Source: Acidimicrobiia bacterium (GTDB lineage Bacteria; Actinomycetota; Acidimicrobiia; Spongiisociales; ZC4RG35). From it: a stretch of DNA of 64,000 nucleotides. Below the pieces are notes generated by a model. It did not search any database. It was not told the DNA's origin and saw only the letters and a list, made by a program, of their open reading frames with translations. Numbering within the stretch: the first letter of the stretch is position 1; each line of letters opens with the position of its first letter. The stretch is from assembly GCA_050742015.1 (NCBI GenBank), contig JBOGEV010000118.1, forward strand, positions 3,962 to 67,961. The letters run 5' to 3'. The position numbers and the translations under genes were made by a program. Shown here one piece after another: positions 7,502 to 15,128 of this stretch.

Positions 7502-8974
7502 TTGGCCGCAACCCAAACTGCAGATATCAGGGCCCTGCTCGGAGCGGGCGCCGAGGATCGGGTCGCTGCCGCCCACTTCCTGGCCGGCGCCATGTTCCTG
7601 GTCTTGGCCGGCGCCCTGGAGCTCCTCGCCCTTTTCTCTCTGAGGTTCGCCGGGCTCTCGCCGGTGAGCTTCGGCCGGGCGGAGTCGATGGCCAATGTCA
7701 CCGTCATGCTCGGTTTCCTGGTGCTGACCCTGTCCGGAGGCATCTACTACGTGCTCCCCCGTCTCACCGGTACCAGGCTCTGGCGAAAGGAACTGGCCAT
7801 CCTCGGCCTGGTCGGAACATCGGGGCTAGTCGTCATCGACGTGCTCGCGGTGGTCCTCGGTCTCGGCGACGGCCGTCAGCCGTTCGGGCTTCCCTGGTGG
7901 CTCCACATCCCGATGCTCGGACTGCTGGCCATCCCGTTCGCCATCACCATGATGACGATCCGGCGAAGGGAGGAGAAGCGAAGCTTCGTCACGCTCTGGT
8001 TCGTCATCGGCGGCGCGACGTGGCTCCCACTGCTCTATCTGGTCTACTTCGCCGGCGAGCTGCCTTTTGTGTCCTCGTTGGGCGAGGCGTACACAGACCT
8101 CTTCTTCACCGCCGGCTTCGTCACACTCTGGGTGTTCACGGTGGGCAGCGGGCTCTTCTATTACACCGTCGTGAAGGAGCTCGAGATTCCCCTTGCCTCC
8201 CGTCAACTGGCCTCGGTCGGCTTCTGGTCGCTCGGTTTCGCCGCGGTTTGGTGGGGGACGGCTCAGCTCGTGTTCGGCCCCGGTCCGGGCTGGATCGCCG
8301 GCGTCTCGGCGGCGCTCGGGCTTGCCTTCCCAATCGGAGCATTGGCCAACGCCTCGAGCGTCTCCCTCACTCTCCAGGGGCACTGGGAGAAGCTCGGTGA
8401 GAGGCCGGGCGTCGTGTCGGGGGTCGTCGGCCTCTATCTCGGGGTAGTCGTGGCCGTGCTGGCCAGCTTCGCCTCCTTCCCCTCGGTGGGATCGGTCACC
8501 GCTCTCACTGCATACTGGGAGGCGATCGAGTACGGCGCTCTGTTCGGGGTGGGCACTCTGCTTGCCGCAGGACTCACCTTCGAGGCGTTGCCCAGGGTCT
8601 CGGGTCGCGACCTGAGCTCCCTCGATCGACCACGGTCTTTCAACCGATGGACCGTGATCGGTGTCGGCGGTGTCATGCTCAGCCTCATCGCTTCCGGCCT
8701 CGTCAGCGGTTATTCCTGGGTGGCCGGCTCCAACAGCGCCGCGTATATCAACGCGGGGGAAGGTTGGGCGCAAGGCGCCGGAGCCGCCGAGGTCCTGCTC
8801 CTCATCGCTTTCGGGTTCGGCATCATCGCCTTCATCGGCCAGTTGGCATATGCAGCCACGGTCATCGGCACCATCACCATCGGCCGTGCCGTGCCCCAGG
8901 AGGTGCTGGTCTACGGCTCTGAGGGAGAGCAGAGCGTTGGGACGGTCGCTGTGGAAGAGACCGACGATGAGTGA
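7502..8974 (+). CDS. Haem-copper-oxidase subunit I-like (CcoN-like) 12-TM protein apparently lacking the canonical His ligands
   Basis: Tail of track ORF 7235..8974. Proposed TTG start at 7502 after GAGGGA; the start is uncertain. 12 hydrophobic spans. N-terminal pattern AAAHFLAG...FGRAESMANVTV...GGIYYVLPRL resembles CcoN. Only 3 His in the whole protein. Confidence 0.55.
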   Translation: MAATQTADIRALLGAGAEDRVAAAHFLAGAMFLVLAGALELLALFSLRFAGLSPVSFGRAESMANVTVMLGFLVLTLSGGIYYVLPRLTGTRLWRKELAILGLVGTSGLVVIDVLAVVLGLGDGRQPFGLPWWLHIPMLGLLAIPFAITMMTIRRREEKRSFVTLWFVIGGATWLPLLYLVYFAGELPFVSSLGEAYTDLFFTAGFVTLWVFTVGSGLFYYTVVKELEIPLASRQLASVGFWSLGFAAVWWGTAQLVFGPGPGWIAGVSAALGLAFPIGALANASSVSLTLQGHWEKLGERPGVVSGVVGLYLGVVVAVLASFASFPSVGSVTALTAYWEAIEYGALFGVGTLLAAGLTFEALPRVSGRDLSSLDRPRSFNRWTVIGVGGVMLSLIASGLVSGYSWVAGSNSAAYINAGEGWAQGAGAAEVLLLIAFGFGIIAFIGQLAYAATVIGTITIGRAVPQEVLVYGSEGEQSVGTVAVEETDDE

Positions 8975-9800
8975 GCTGAGCGCGGCCGCCGCAGCCGCCC
9001 TCGGCATCCCCGAGGCCATCGTGGAGCGCTCCGCTGCCGCCCGCGCCGAAGAGACCGGGATGACCGTCGACGAGGTGCTGACGGCATGGGCCGGAGGTGG
9101 AGAAATTCCCGCCGCGGCAGCGCCTCCGACTCCGGAAGAGCAGGCGGCAGAACCCGAGGCGGCCCCGGTCGAGACGCCTGCCGCGGAGGAAGGAGTTCCC
9201 CCCTCCCCGCCTCCGGCGGTACTCCCCCCTTCGGGGGGAGAAACGGGTACCCCCTCCCCGGTGCCGGCCCCGGTCGCCGATTCGGGGAAGCCACCGGTCC
9301 TGGTGGGAGAGGCGGACAACCCGATCGCCGTGCTGGTCGGGGTGGTGGCCATGTTCGTGGCGGTCTTCCTGGTCGGTTTGGTGGGGCCAGCCCTACCCGC
9401 CGAGAATCCGGGGGCCCGATCCAGTGAGCTCCCCTACAGCGAGGCGGGTCTGCGCGGCCAGCACGTCTACTCGTCGGTCGGATGCGCCTCCTGTCACACC
9501 CAGATGGTCCGGCCGGTGGTGGCCGACGTCGGCCTGGGTGCCGTGACCCTCAACGACAGCAACCAGGTGCTCGGCTCCCGGCGTTTCGGCCCCGACCTCT
9601 CCGACGTCGGGTCGAGGATCTCGGGCAGTCAGATCGAAGGCGTGATCGGAGGGCTGGGGGGGCATCCTTCCCAGAGCCTTTCGGCTGAGGATCTCGCCGA
9701 CATCGTCGCCTATTTGCTCGAGTCTCAGACGATGGAGGCGGCTCCGGCAGAGCCAGCCGATGAGGGAGACGCCGACGAAGAGGAGCCGGCGGAGTCATGA
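8967..9800 (+). CDS. CcoO/FixO-like monohaem cytochrome c subunit
   Basis: ATG at 8967 gives an 8-nt overlap with the upstream stop. GCASCHTQMVRP...RRFGPDLSDVG matches the CcoO signature. Order: N-terminal shared module, Pro/Ala/Glu linker, one TM. Confidence 0.7.
   Translation: MSELSAAAAAALGIPEAIVERSAAARAEETGMTVDEVLTAWAGGGEIPAAAAPPTPEEQAAEPEAAPVETPAAEEGVPPSPPPAVLPPSGGETGTPSPVPAPVADSGKPPVLVGEADNPIAVLVGVVAMFVAVFLVGLVGPALPAENPGARSSELPYSEAGLRGQHVYSSVGCASCHTQMVRPVVADVGLGAVTLNDSNQVLGSRRFGPDLSDVGSRISGSQIEGVIGGLGGHPSQSLSAEDLADIVAYLLESQTMEAAPAEPADEGDADEEEPAES
9183..9245. repeat. C-rich repeat element, copy B (inside the linker-coding part of the CcoO-like CDS)
   Basis: See copy A. Contains a perfect CTCCCCCC-TTCG-GGGGGGAG hairpin (9222..9240). 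In frame it encodes VPPSPPPAVLPPSGGETG. Confidence 0.55.
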
Positions 9801-10846
9801 GCGAGCTCAGCGCCGCAGCGGCCGCCGCGCTCGGTGTCCCCGAGCCGATCGTCGAGCGGTCGGCGGCAGCCCGGGCCGCCGAGACCGGGATGACCGTCGA
9901 CGAGGTGCTCTCGGCCTGGGCGGGCGGTGGAGCCGTCGCCGCTGCGACGCCGGCCGCAGCCGAGGAGACGCCCGCAGCCGAGCCGGAGGCAGAGGCGCCC
10001 GCCGAGGAAGCCGGCCCCGCGCCGGCGCCGGAGATGCCCTCCGAACCCGTGGCACCTGCCGCCGCGGCCCAGCCCTCCGCCGTCACCCGCTCCCCGATCC
10101 CGGCCGAGGTGACCGCAGCCGAGGCGGCGAGCCTGCCCGAGGTGGTCACCGTTCCCACCGCCGGCATCCGGGAAAAGACCAACTTCGTCGTCCCCCGCTG
10201 GCTGGCGGCGGTTTTCCTGATCATCCCGGCATTCGCACTGTTCGCCCTCGGCGGCTCAGCCACCGGCGAGTGCGGAGACGCCACCGAGTTGAGCACCGAT
10301 GTGATCACCGGTGAGGTGGTCAATTGCGATGGAACCGAGTTCACCGGCTCGGGCGCCGGTGGCGGCGGTTCCGACTTCATCGCCATGGGTGAGGACGTCT
10401 ATGCCAATGTTGCTAGCTGCGACGGATGTCATGGCGCCACCGGTGGTGGTGGCGTCGGTCCGGCGTTCGGAAGCGTCGTCTCCACTTTTGGTGCCTGTGC
10501 CGACCATATCGAATGGGTGACACTGGGATCGGCGGGCTTCGAAGCAGCGGGTGAGAGCACTTATGGAGACCCGAACAAGCCCATTGCCGGGGGCATGCCC
10601 CCGTTCGGTGGGACCTTGAGCGAGGAGCAATTGGCCGCGGTGGTCGCCTTCGAGCGGGTCCGCTTCGGTGGGGCGGACCCCGCCGAGACCCTCGTCGATT
10701 GCGGTCTGGCCCCGGCCGAAGGGGAGGAAGGCGGCGAGGGCGAGGCGCCCGGTGAGGAGACCCCCGGTGAAGAGGCGCCGCCCGAGGGAGAGGCGACCAC
10801 CACCACCGTGAGTGGCGCCGAAGCCGGACTCAGCCAGACTCCCTGA
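9797..10846 (+). CDS. Membrane-anchored class I c-type cytochrome (CcoP-like role possible)
   Basis: 349 aa. CDGCH haem motif and GGMPPFGG Met-ligand region. Same N-terminal module as the upstream gene. ATGA overlap at 9797-9800. Confidence 0.8.
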   Translation: MSELSAAAAAALGVPEPIVERSAAARAAETGMTVDEVLSAWAGGGAVAAATPAAAEETPAAEPEAEAPAEEAGPAPAPEMPSEPVAPAAAAQPSAVTRSPIPAEVTAAEAASLPEVVTVPTAGIREKTNFVVPRWLAAVFLIIPAFALFALGGSATGECGDATELSTDVITGEVVNCDGTEFTGSGAGGGGSDFIAMGEDVYANVASCDGCHGATGGGGVGPAFGSVVSTFGACADHIEWVTLGSAGFEAAGESTYGDPNKPIAGGMPPFGGTLSEEQLAAVVAFERVRFGGADPAETLVDCGLAPAEGEEGGEGEAPGEETPGEEAPPEGEATTTTVSGAEAGLSQTP

Positions 10847-10853
10847 CCCAGGG

Positions 10854-11102
10854 TCACACCCGGCGCAGTGCCCGTCGCAATGATGCCCGATCGATCCGAC
10901 CCTCGGCGACCACGTCATCGCCGGGCCCGAGAAGCACCGGGATCCGCATTCCGTAGTCCCTGATCAACACGTCATCGGTGTCGATATCGACTTCTTCCAG
11001 GGTCCCGCCCCGTCGTCGAATCGCCCGTTCTACCAGGGGACGAGCCTCATCACAGAGATGGCATCCGGGTCGGGTGAAAAATTTGAAGGCTAAATGTTTC
11101 AA
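10854..11102 (-). CDS. Glutaredoxin-like small thiol-disulfide protein (DUF836-type)
   Basis: 82 aa. FTRPGCHLCDEA CxxC motif in a thioredoxin-fold context. TTG start. Confidence 0.75.
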   Translation of the reverse strand: MKHLAFKFFTRPGCHLCDEARPLVERAIRRRGGTLEEVDIDTDDVLIRDYGMRIPVLLGPGDDVVAEGRIDRASLRRALRRV

Positions 11103-11245
11103 GTAACCACTCTGGGTGACCGATAATGGAGGCGCATGCAGGAAGGAGGGTCAACCGTTCCCCTCATACCAAGGGCACGTTCGTCCAAGGTGTGAACGGA
11201 TAGCCTCCCAGCCCGCCCCACGGTACGGAACTCTCCTTCGTGTAG

Positions 11246-11281
11246 ATGAGGCCCCCGCCCAGCGGGGGCCTCATCATTTTT
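11246..11281 (+). terminator. Intrinsic-terminator-like hairpin with T-tract on the + strand
   Basis: ATGAGGCCCCCG / CGGGGGCCTCAT 12-bp perfect stem with a 5-nt loop, followed by CATTTTT. No annotated + strand gene ends here. Confidence 0.5.
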
Positions 11282-11376
11282 CGCACCGTCCTCAGGGTCT
11301 GCCATCGTGGGCCCCATGCGACCCGCCACAGCCATAGTCCTGGTGATCCTCTTGGTGATCATCGCCGTGGCCGGGA

Positions 11377-12210
11377 TCATCCAGCTGGTGTCGATCCTCT
11401 CCCAGTGAGGGTGACCGCCACCCCCGACGTCAAGTTCAGTTCCTCGTCGGCCGCACCGTCCCTAACGGCAATGGCGATCAGCCCCACTGAGTCGACATGG
11501 ATCAGTGGCTCGCCGGAGTCGACGTCGGAGTAGGCGGTCGCCCAGGGAATCGTGTGCAGGGTTGCCCCCACCTTCACCGTCAGCGTCGATCCGGGGGCGA
11601 GGCCGACGGCAGCGAGATCGTCAGGCCCGATGTTGGTCTGAACGTTCCCGAAGCTATCCACCCACCATGCCTCCCCCGTCACCACATTCCCTTCGGTCTC
11701 GGGAAGGGGGAGGAGCAGCGGCTGCACCGATCCCGGGCCCAGCTCGGCGCCGAGATCGAGGATCGACGCCTCGCCCGAGGCGAGCAGCCCGGCGGCCGGA
11801 GCAAACACATCACGGCCATGGAACGTCTCCCCAGGAGATGGGATTCTCGCCTCCGGATTGTCGATGGAGACGATGACGGTGGCCCCACCCACCATCGCCA
11901 CCGCCGGGGAGAGGACACCGTTGTCGGGACCGACGAAGTATCCCCATTCGGTTTCCAGGGCCAGGGCCCTGCGCTCCGATCCGACGCCGGGGTCCACCAC
12001 CACCAGGGCCACTCCTTCGGGTAGGTACTGGATGGCCCGGGTCAGGGCCAGGGCGGCCGCCCGCACGTCGCCCCGTGGTGTCCCGTGCCCGACGTCGATG
12101 ACCCGGGACTCCGGTGACATCTTGGACAGCACCCCGTGCACCACCCCGACGAACTCGTCGGCGAGTCCGAAGTCGGAGAGGAAACTGATGGGGAGTGCGT
12201 TCTGCGGCAT
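11377..12210 (-). CDS. S-adenosyl-L-methionine hydroxide adenosyltransferase family protein (DUF62)
   Basis: 277 aa. FLSDFGLADEFVGVVHGV, VVVDPGVGSERR and FHGRDVFAPAAG blocks typical of the family. Confidence 0.85.
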   Translation of the reverse strand: MPQNALPISFLSDFGLADEFVGVVHGVLSKMSPESRVIDVGHGTPRGDVRAAALALTRAIQYLPEGVALVVVDPGVGSERRALALETEWGYFVGPDNGVLSPAVAMVGGATVIVSIDNPEARIPSPGETFHGRDVFAPAAGLLASGEASILDLGAELGPGSVQPLLLPLPETEGNVVTGEAWWVDSFGNVQTNIGPDDLAAVGLAPGSTLTVKVGATLHTIPWATAYSDVDSGEPLIHVDSVGLIAIAVRDGAADEELNLTSGVAVTLTGRGSTPAG

Positions 12211-12265
12211 GGGTGGGGCGTCGGCCGGACACGGTAGACAGCGTGGTCCGACTTATATTGCCGCG

Positions 12266-13147
12266 ATGAACGAGGCCAGCCACGACGCCATTGCCCGGGA
12301 GGTGTCGCGGGCCAAGGTCGCGATGCTGATGGGGAGCGTCGACACCGGAAAGACCACCCTCGCCCTGCAGGCGGCCCGTCTCGCTCTCGGCGCCGGTCGG
12401 ACCGTGGCGATCGTCGATGCCGACGTGGGAAACTCGACCGTCGGCCCCCCGGCCTGCGTCGGGCTGAAGGTCTTGCGAACCCCCGAGGACATCGAGACCG
12501 TGCGCATCCCTGACCGACTCCACTTCGTCGGCACGATCACTCCGGCCCGGCTCGTCCTGCAACAGGTGGTTGCCACCGTGGCCATGGTGGACCAGGCCCG
12601 TGAGCTGGCAGACCTGGTGATCCTGGACACGACTGCTGTGGTCTCCGGGGTGGCCGGGGAGACATTGAAATACCACAAGGCCGAGCTCTGCCGGCCCGAC
12701 ACGGTGGTGGCCTTGCAACGAGGCGGAGAAATGGAGCCGGTCGTGGGGATGTTGCGACGTTTCCTCGGTCTCGATGTGACCGTCTCCCCGACCGATCCCA
12801 ATGTGATGCCCCTCTCCCCCGATGAGAGGGCGCAGAGACGCACCGAGGCCTTCGCCCGCGCACTGGCCCCGCCCCTCGACCGCTGGAAGGTCAGGCCGAC
12901 CGTGTTCGCCCCCACCCTGCCCATGGGCCTCAACCTGGGACGTCTCGACGACGTCCTGGTAGGAGTCCAGGACGAAGGAGGGGGGTGTCTCGGGCTCGGC
13001 ATCCTCAGCAACGAAGACGATGGGCTCCGTGTGATGACCAACACCGGGGAAGGGATGAAGGGCCTGCGTCTCGGCTCGATGCGACTCGACCCCGGGACCC
13101 TGGAATCGAGTGTGATCAGTCTGCGCGAGGTCATGTTCGGGATCTGA
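12266..13147 (+). CDS. Clp1/Grc3-like P-loop polynucleotide kinase family protein
   Basis: Internal ATG of track ORF 11858..13147; 293 aa. GSVDTGKTT Walker A, then VAIVDADVGNSTVGPPACVGL and LVILDTTAVVSG...PDTVVALQ blocks as in archaeal/eukaryotic Clp1. Confidence 0.7.
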   Translation: MNEASHDAIAREVSRAKVAMLMGSVDTGKTTLALQAARLALGAGRTVAIVDADVGNSTVGPPACVGLKVLRTPEDIETVRIPDRLHFVGTITPARLVLQQVVATVAMVDQARELADLVILDTTAVVSGVAGETLKYHKAELCRPDTVVALQRGGEMEPVVGMLRRFLGLDVTVSPTDPNVMPLSPDERAQRRTEAFARALAPPLDRWKVRPTVFAPTLPMGLNLGRLDDVLVGVQDEGGGCLGLGILSNEDDGLRVMTNTGEGMKGLRLGSMRLDPGTLESSVISLREVMFGI

Positions 13148-13234
13148 GCTCAGCGTTCTACGTTTACGTAGGTGGGTCAAGGAGCCCAACCAGCGACCTA
13201 AAGGGGTTTTGGCCACGCGTCGATAAATAGATCG

Positions 13235-13927
13235 ATGCTGGGGAAGCGACGATGGCTCTTGGTGCTGGTCGGGGTCCTGGTGACCGCCGGCGTGTCCGTG
13301 GCTGCCGCCGCCGACTCCGGCACCGAGAGCGAATTCCTCTCCCTGATCAACTCGACCCGGGCCAACAACGGGCTGGGGTCCCTTCAGGTCGACGGAGGGC
13401 TTCGGGCTCACGCCCGGAATCACACCCAAGCGATGATCGAATCCGGCGGCATCTACCACTCCAGTGACGGCGAGCTCTCGGCCGCGGCCGGAAGTGGCTG
13501 GTCCCGGGTCGGAGAGAACGTGGGACGGGGTCAGGACCCCTCGTCCCTGCACAGCGCCTTCATGGCCTCGCCCGGTCACCAAGCCAACATCCTCGGTGAC
13601 TACAACTACGTGGGGATCGGCACCGGGAGCGCCGACGGCTATCTCTATGTCACCGTCGTGTTCATGAAGAAGGGCGAAACCGCTCCGCCCCCCACCGAGG
13701 CCCCACCCCCGACCGAGGCCCCGCCCCCGGCCTCAGACTCCCCCGGCACGACGCCCGCTCCCGCCCCTGATCCAAGCGAGCCGGGGCCGGCATCGACCAC
13801 CACGACCTCCACAACCACCACGACCCCGCCCCCGACCACGACCCTGATCGTGCCCCCCGACAAGGCGGTCGTCGCCGGTCAGTCGTGCCTCGAGGCAACT
13901 CGATACTCGAGCATCTGTCAGAACTGA
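13235..13927 (+). CDS. Secreted CAP/SCP (PR-1-like) domain protein with Pro/Thr-rich tail
   Basis: 230 aa. Signal peptide, then a CAP block (GENVGRGQ, SPGHQANIL, YVGIGT), then PPPTEAPPPTEAPPP and poly-T segments. Confidence 0.85.
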   Translation: MLGKRRWLLVLVGVLVTAGVSVAAAADSGTESEFLSLINSTRANNGLGSLQVDGGLRAHARNHTQAMIESGGIYHSSDGELSAAAGSGWSRVGENVGRGQDPSSLHSAFMASPGHQANILGDYNYVGIGTGSADGYLYVTVVFMKKGETAPPPTEAPPPTEAPPPASDSPGTTPAPAPDPSEPGPASTTTTSTTTTTPPPTTTLIVPPDKAVVAGQSCLEATRYSSICQN

Positions 13928-13950
13928 GACTCTGGCCAGGGTTTGGCCGA

Positions 13951-14808
13951 CTAGATCACAGCGTGCAAAACCCGGGTCCCGTCGAAGCCCTTGAGATCGT
14001 GTCCAGGGCTCTCCTCAAAGCTGAACTCGCTATCAGTCGCCAGAGCACGGGTCGTGGCGGACACGAGGATCTCCCCTGGGGATGCGGCCGCAGCGATCCG
14101 GGCCGCCTCATGCACCGCGACTCCCCTGACATCGTCGCCCACCACCTCGACCTCCCCGGTGTGGATCCCGGCTCGGATCTCCAGATCGAGCGCGCGAGAC
14201 CTATCCCGTATCGCCCGCGCGGCATGAATCGCCCGGGCCGGCCCATCGAAAACGGCCAGGAAACCGTCGCCGGTGGTCGCTACCTCGCGCCCCCGAAACC
14301 GATCGAGCTGATCGCGGACGTCCCGGTTGTGTCGGCCGAGGAGATCGCGCCACGCACCGTCCCCCAGCCGCACAGCTGTTTCCGTCGACGACACGATGTC
14401 GGTGAAGAGAAGGGTGGCGAGAACTCGATCGCCCGACTCGACCTGGGGAAGCCAGGTTCGGACTCCGGACCAGTTGATGCCGACGAAAGGCTCCTCGCTC
14501 ACTACCCAGCCATCGTGGCCGGCCGGAATGTCGAACACCTCGTTGGGGCCGAGGTCCATGGCCGAGCCGTCATCCATCTCGATGCGCAGCCTCCCTTGGA
14601 CCACCATGCCGGAGTGATGCGCCTGACAGCTCTCCTCTGCCCGATGGTTCCCCTTGAGAAGACGTCCCCCCAGGGTACAGTGGGCGCCCGGCTGGAATAC
14701 ATTCCGGGAGATGGAGGCATCGCCGACCTGAACGATGTCCGCCACGACCCCTTCCAACTGAACGCGCTCGTCCGGGGCGTCGAGGTTCTTCTTCTGCAGG
14801 CCGGCCAT
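13951..14808 (-). CDS. Cupin domain + class III adenylate/guanylate cyclase
   Basis: Internal ATG at 14808 of track ORF 13951..15003; 285 aa. LLFTDIVSST and TTGDGFLAVF metal-Asp motifs and GIHTGEVE. The N-terminal ~110 aa has a cupin-like beta pattern. Confidence 0.8.
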   Translation of the reverse strand: MAGLQKKNLDAPDERVQLEGVVADIVQVGDASISRNVFQPGAHCTLGGRLLKGNHRAEESCQAHHSGMVVQGRLRIEMDDGSAMDLGPNEVFDIPAGHDGWVVSEEPFVGINWSGVRTWLPQVESGDRVLATLLFTDIVSSTETAVRLGDGAWRDLLGRHNRDVRDQLDRFRGREVATTGDGFLAVFDGPARAIHAARAIRDRSRALDLEIRAGIHTGEVEVVGDDVRGVAVHEAARIAAAASPGEILVSATTRALATDSEFSFEESPGHDLKGFDGTRVLHAVI

Positions 14809-15128
14809 CCCATGAGATCGTACTGGAGAAGTACCAGCCAAACCCCGCCGTGTTGGCCGGGTGCGCCAAAGGCAAACGCCCGAGTGACCTCCAGAGCCTC
14901 CTCCGCACTTCCCCGAACGGACGGTGCTCCGGTTTGCCTCTCGGGCGTTCGCATCGCCGAATGTACGGGCTCGCCGACCTCGGTTCAACGACCTCGACGC
15001 CATCGTCGATCACCGTCGAACAACGATATCCATCGTCAAGTGGACAGTGAATCGAGGCTGTAACCCGGTTACCAACAGGAATCGGGCTTTTGCACAGGGT
15101 TTGTGCACATGGGTGTGTTCACAAGTTT

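Noticed and set aside
11120-11160. SRP RNA-like string (gcaggaaggagggtc)
   Set aside because: It lacks the conserved GGAA tetraloop context and the AGCAGC / GGUCC symmetric-loop elements of 4.5S/SRP RNA. The resemblance is limited to a purine run.
11316-11408. 30-codon ORF encoding a single hydrophobic helix (MRPATAIVLVILLVIIAVAGIIQLVSILSQ)
   Set aside because: No recognisable SD. It overlaps the 3' end of the convergent SAM hydroxide adenosyltransferase gene by 32 nt. Short hydrophobic ORFs arise easily antisense to GC-rich coding sequence. It would need ribosome-profiling or conservation evidence.
13681-13860. Short tandem nucleotide repeats (ccccaccgaggcc x2, acc/acg runs)
   Set aside because: They encode the in-frame PPPTEAPPPTEAPPP and poly-Thr linker of the CAP-domain protein. 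This is low-complexity coding sequence, not a CRISPR array or satellite.
14868-14960. GGCAAAC-containing segment reminiscent of the c-di-GMP-I (GEMM) riboswitch
   Set aside because: The second conserved GEMM block (GGACGCAAAGCC) and the GNRA tetraloop/receptor arrangement are absent on either strand. I kept only the observation that competing inverted repeats exist.
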